This document shows positions 61,413 through 64,000 of a stretch of DNA of 64,000 nt, in pieces. A model generated the notes under the pieces. It searched no databases. It had not been told where the DNA came from and saw nothing but the letters and a program-made list of their open reading frames with translations. Position 1 is the first letter of the stretch. Each line of letters begins with the position of its first letter. Made by a program: the position numbers and the translations under genes. Origin of the DNA: an uncultured Spirochaetota bacterium (GTDB taxonomy: Bacteria; Spirochaetota; Brevinematia; Brevinematales; JAOACQ01); assembly GCA_963783575.1 (NCBI GenBank), contig CAWAOD010000010.1:64001-128000 (forward strand), read 5' to 3'.

Positions 61413-61454
61413 TAATAATATTACAGTAATATTATTACAGTAATATTATTACAG
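61413..61454. repeat. 14-bp tandem repeat x3 (TAATATTATTACAG) downstream of TTGACA
   Basis: Read directly; contains the palindrome GTAATA-T-TATTAC. Confidence 0.75.
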
Positions 61455-61489
61455 AGATTAATTTTTAAATATTGTTCCGGAGTTTAATA

Positions 61490-62056
61490 ATGGAGAGATG
61501 CCCCTGGGGATTTAAAGATCCTCTTCTATTAAAATACCATGATGAGGAATGGGGCGTTCCTGTACATAATGAAACAAAACATTTTGAGTTTCTGCTACTA
61601 GAGGCAATGCAGGCAGGTCTTAGCTGGATGACTGTTTTGAGAAAGAGGCAAGAATTCAAACATTCCTTTGATAATTTTAACCCTGCTTTGATAGCGGAAT
61701 ATTCAGAAGATAAGATCCGGGATCTAATGAATAATCCGGGCATCATCAGAAATATCAGAAAAATAGAAGCCGCAATTAATAACGCCCGTATGTTCCTGAA
61801 GGCTGCGGAAGAATTCGGCAGCTTTGACAGTTATATCTGGTCATTTACCGGAAACAAAACAATTCATAACCAATGGGAAAAAATAAATGAACTTCCGGTA
61901 TTTACAGCCCTGTCCGATAGGATATCCGCGGATTTAAAAAAAAGAGGCTTCCGGTTCATTGGTACAACAACAGTTTACGCACATTTACAGGCTATCGGTA
62001 TTGTCAATGATCATTTAATCTCGTGCTTTCGCTATGAAGAGTTAAAAAACGGCTGA
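61490..62056 (+). CDS. tag: DNA-3-methyladenine glycosylase I
   Basis: RCPW, YHDEEWGVP, QAGLSW, GIVNDHL..C. Confidence 0.95.
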   Translation: MERCPWGFKDPLLLKYHDEEWGVPVHNETKHFEFLLLEAMQAGLSWMTVLRKRQEFKHSFDNFNPALIAEYSEDKIRDLMNNPGIIRNIRKIEAAINNARMFLKAAEEFGSFDSYIWSFTGNKTIHNQWEKINELPVFTALSDRISADLKKRGFRFIGTTTVYAHLQAIGIVNDHLISCFRYEELKNG

Positions 62057-62066
62057 AAAACAAAAC

Positions 62067-63108
62067 TTATTTAATTCCGAATCTTTTCATCTTCTGAGAA
62101 AGAGTATTCCGGTGAACTCCCAGTATTGAAGCGGCTTCCGAGATTTTCCAGTGGGATATTTCCAGAGCGTTAATAATCTGCGACTTTTCCATTTCATTAA
62201 GCTCAAGATTTGTGATTACAACATTGTCCTTCTTTATGAAATCAGTAATAGTATGAATATTACCGCTTGAAAGAGAAGCAAAGATATTTTCGGGAATATC
62301 CTCAAGGGAAATCTTGCTGTCATAAGTCATAATGATTGCATGGTGTATTGCATTTTCAAGCTGGCGTACGTTTCCCGACCAGCCGCTTGCAAGCAGGACC
62401 TTTATTACATCCTCATCTATGGAATCGATTCTAACATTTTCCGCATTCATGTAGTAATTTATAAAATGATTGATAAGGATCGGAATATCCTCTCTTCTTT
62501 CACGGAGTGGGGGAAGCCGGAGATAAATCACATTTAAACGGTAATAGAGGTCTTCACGAAAACGCGCTTTTGTAACATGCTGCCATAAGTCCCTGTTGGT
62601 AGCCGCAACTATTCTAACATCGATGGGGATATTCTCAAGCCCTCCGACACGTGTAATTACTTTATCCTCAATAACCCTCAGCATTTTGGATTGCAATGAT
62701 AAAGACATTTCGCTTATCTCATCCAGGAATATGGTGCCGGTATTGGCGAGCTCGAATTTACCGATTTTTCTTTTATTTGCGCCGGTAAAAGCCCCTCTTT
62801 CATAACCGAAGAGACTCGCTTTCCAGAAGAGTTTCAGGTATTTCGGCGCAGTTGAGCTTTACTAGAGGCCCGCTTTTTCTTGGACCCAGATTATGAACTG
62901 CCTGTGCGAAGAGTTCCTTTCCCGTGCCGCTTTCCCCTTCTATTAAAACGTTAGCATAGCTGTTCGCCGCTTTTTGAACCTTCCTGAAAGCCTGGACGAT
63001 TGCCTGTGACTGGCCTATTATTCCAAGCCTGTTCATTTGATTGATAATTTCCCGGCTGCCGGGATCGGATTTTGCCACAAAACTGCTGATGACATTAATA
63101 TAATCCAT
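62067..63108 (-). pseudogene. sigma54-dependent Fis-type activator, 1-bp insertion near 62815
   Basis: GESGTGKELFA; removing one T restores ESELFGYERGAFTGA; FREDLYYRLNV; C-terminal HTH. Confidence 0.88.
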
Positions 63109-63117
63109 ACTTTACCG

Positions 63118-63867
63118 TCACTTATAATCCAGGATGTCATTTTTCAGTTCTTTATAATATTTCCCGGCTGAATCTTTAATTCCGGCATCATAATCGCCGT
63201 TAATGATTGACTCAAAAATATCCTTCGCCGCATAAGCGTCAGGAACAAATTGATATATTCTTGCAATATTGATCATTGAAGTACCGAAAAATTTTTTATC
63301 GCTGTTATATATTTTAGTCCGGCTGATAATCGTATCAAGTAAACTCTTATCAATACTGTTCATACCAAGTATAAGATCTTCCAGGCCAAGCAAGGTGTCT
63401 TTAATGGTAGATTCATCACCCGGCACCGCAGTTCCGGTAAGGATATTAAGATAATTCCTGAGTGATTCTTTATTATTCAGCTGTCTTTGCTGGATTTTTG
63501 CGGTATAATACAATTTTTTCGCGGGCTGAATGACCTGATCTATCTGTGACTGGGCTTCCGTAAGACTTTTCATTCCTATAAGAGTATCGATCAGCTTATA
63601 CCGGATTTTTTCTTTTTCTTCAGGAGTAACATTTGCAGAATTAAGCATTTTCCTGTACTCGCCGGCCGCGCTCTCCTGTGAGAGTCCTTCGGTAGAAGTA
63701 ATGACCATAGATGGAAATATAGATTGATTTGTCCCCTGTTCCATCTGAGGCTGGGTCTCTGGAGCTGATGATGCTTGATTTGTTGATAATTCTACAACTG
63801 AAGATGAAGATATGGACTGTTTTTGCACGGTTTGCAGCTGAATATAATAATATATATTAGTCTGCAT
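63118..63867 (-). CDS. Hypothetical protein with TPR-like C-terminus; probably extends beyond the window via a frameshift
   Basis: Ser/Gln linker followed by helical repeats; an upstream frame is open to the window edge. Confidence 0.55.
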   Translation of the reverse strand: MQTNIYYYIQLQTVQKQSISSSSVVELSTNQASSAPETQPQMEQGTNQSIFPSMVITSTEGLSQESAAGEYRKMLNSANVTPEEKEKIRYKLIDTLIGMKSLTEAQSQIDQVIQPAKKLYYTAKIQQRQLNNKESLRNYLNILTGTAVPGDESTIKDTLLGLEDLILGMNSIDKSLLDTIISRTKIYNSDKKFFGTSMINIARIYQFVPDAYAAKDIFESIINGDYDAGIKDSAGKYYKELKNDILDYK

Positions 63868-64000
63868 GTTCCCGTCAACATTAATTATTTGAAATTGTAT
63901 TTTACTGTCGGTCTTCCCGCTGTGAAAAAGAAAAAAACCCTTATCCTGTCTGGAATTATCTTTTAAATATTTTGTATCTCCCTGAATCGATTTTAATACG

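Overview
AT-rich bacterial chromosome segment, most likely from a spirochaete (inferred from the lipoprotein signal peptides; not verifiable here). The main accessory block is ~6.0-22.3 kb. It is an integron-type gene-cassette array on the + strand with no integrase gene in the window (CALIN-like). It holds about 7 AT-rich cassettes: a HEPN-like protein, pRiA4b ORF3, a secreted protein, BrnT/BrnA, HigB/HigA, a QueG-like Fe-S pseudogene and Yip1. These are separated by unusually long (190-250 bp), multi-hairpin attC-like sites of three sequence types. Two IS families parasitise these sites. (1) An IS1182-family element always lands immediately after the AAC of the R'' box, duplicates AAC, and its own end recreates an RYYYAAC box, so the attC survives; there are two full copies plus two remnants. 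(2) An IS21 element inserts at a fixed CGTA in the first attC hairpin loop; there is one full copy and one 22-bp footprint. Both full IS1182 transposases are split at the same place by a ~90-bp multi-hairpin sequence that also occurs as a diverged tandem pair 42 kb away (59.5 kb). The rest of the window is mostly housekeeping and envelope genes: pyrD, fabZ, ptsI, purU, a TetR-TolC-RND operon with a duplicated adaptor/AcrB pair, apbE, tlyA, fprA, tag, a sigma54 activator, and large beta-helix, Ig and LRR lipoproteins. It also contains two MITEs, REP-like palindromes and several 1-bp frameshifts that may be sequencing errors. All calls are by eye; no searches were run.
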